DNA of 36,540 nt from a virus (taxonomy: Duplodnaviria; Caudoviricetes), in IMG/VR virus record IMGVR_UViG_3300047669_001410, positions 1 through 36,540 of that record. One strand, given 5' to 3'. Below, piece by piece: positions 35,989 through 36,540 of the stretch. Under the pieces are notes generated by a model. The model was not told where the DNA came from and made no database searches. It saw nothing but the letters and a program-made list of their open reading frames with translations. Position numbers and translations under genes: made by a program. Numbering within the stretch: the first letter of the stretch is position 1; the number at the start of each line of letters is the position of its first letter.

Positions 35989-36354
35989 TTAGTTAATTCT
36001 TTCTAAAGTTAAATAAGATTTATCTTTAGCTGATTTGCAAGTAATTTTTATGCAAGAATTATTTAAGACGGGTGTAATTTCATTACGTCGGGCAGCTCTG
36101 CTGTTTAATCCGTTTATTTTTCTAACTGCGTTTGTAATAGCGCTTCTTAAATTGTTTAATAAAGAATGGTCGTCAGCATATTTTCTATGCGCATAGCCCA
36201 TATTTTTACGTTCTTGTTCGTGTTTAGCTACATAAATTGTGCATTTTTCTCCAATTTTTAAATCAGTTAATAATTTCCCGTAAATAGATGAAACTGGGTC
36301 TTTTCCTTGAGATGCGTTCCAATATGCTGATTTTTGATAAGTGCATTGCGTCAT
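35989..36354 (-). CDS. Hypothetical basic protein
   Basis: 121 aa. ATGA overlap with the junction-spanning gene. Confidence 0.65.
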   Translation of the reverse strand: MTQCTYQKSAYWNASQGKDPVSSIYGKLLTDLKIGEKCTIYVAKHEQERKNMGYAHRKYADDHSLLNNLRSAITNAVRKINGLNSRAARRNEITPVLNNSCIKITCKSAKDKSYLTLERIN

Positions 36355-36540
36355 CGTCTATGCCTTTCATCTGTTATTTTTCCGTTTTCAATAACGTTTA
36401 ACAAGTTTAAAGAGCGTCTTAATAATCGTTCATCTTTTCCCCATGTTTCGTTTTCCATGTTTTTTAATACAATTAAAAATTCAGCTAGCTTTGGAAGAGA
36501 TGAATAAATGTGAGTTTGCTCAAATTGTATAAACGTTTGC
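36351..36540 (-). CDS. Junction-spanning ORF, 3' part
   Basis: Reads ...LRRSLNLLNVIENGKITDERHRR* and continues the frame from 1-715. Confidence 0.7.
   Translation of the reverse strand, partial: QTFIQFEQTHIYSSLPKLAEFLIVLKNMENETWGKDERLLRRSLNLLNVIENGKITDERHRR
36386..36540 (+). repeat. Terminal direct repeat, copy 2
   Basis: 154/155 identical to bases 1-155. Confidence 0.95.

Overview
The window is an apparently complete, circularly assembled podovirus-like phage genome of about 36,385 bp: bases 1-155 recur at 36386-36540 with one synonymous mismatch. The + arm (6015-31544) carries terS, an inserted second fibre module, terL, portal, scaffold, capsid, T7/BPP-1-type tail tube and internal virion proteins, a beta-helix tail fibre, spanins and a metallophosphoesterase. 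The - arm runs from 5547 through the junction to 31541. It carries early genes, a DUF5648/RTX protein, a GH108 endolysin, HTH proteins, RuvC, DnaT-like and helicase-loader-like proteins, a PD-(D/E)XK exonuclease, a Rad52-like annealase, SSB, a DUF5664 dNTP diphosphohydrolase and a SleB-type hydrolase. I saw no RNA polymerase, DNA polymerase, primase/helicase, integrase, tRNA or CRISPR array. The host is probably an AT-rich alphaproteobacterium (inference). The most notable element is at 5587-5791. It has the architecture of an Frpo/ssi-type single-stranded-DNA hairpin promoter and points at an early operon resembling plasmid/ICE leading-region genes. Other highlights are a recurring GTGCGTA late-promoter-like motif, a structured capsid leader with a twice-nested bulge motif, and a nested overlapping gene pair across the junction. 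All family calls are by motif recognition; no database searches were run.
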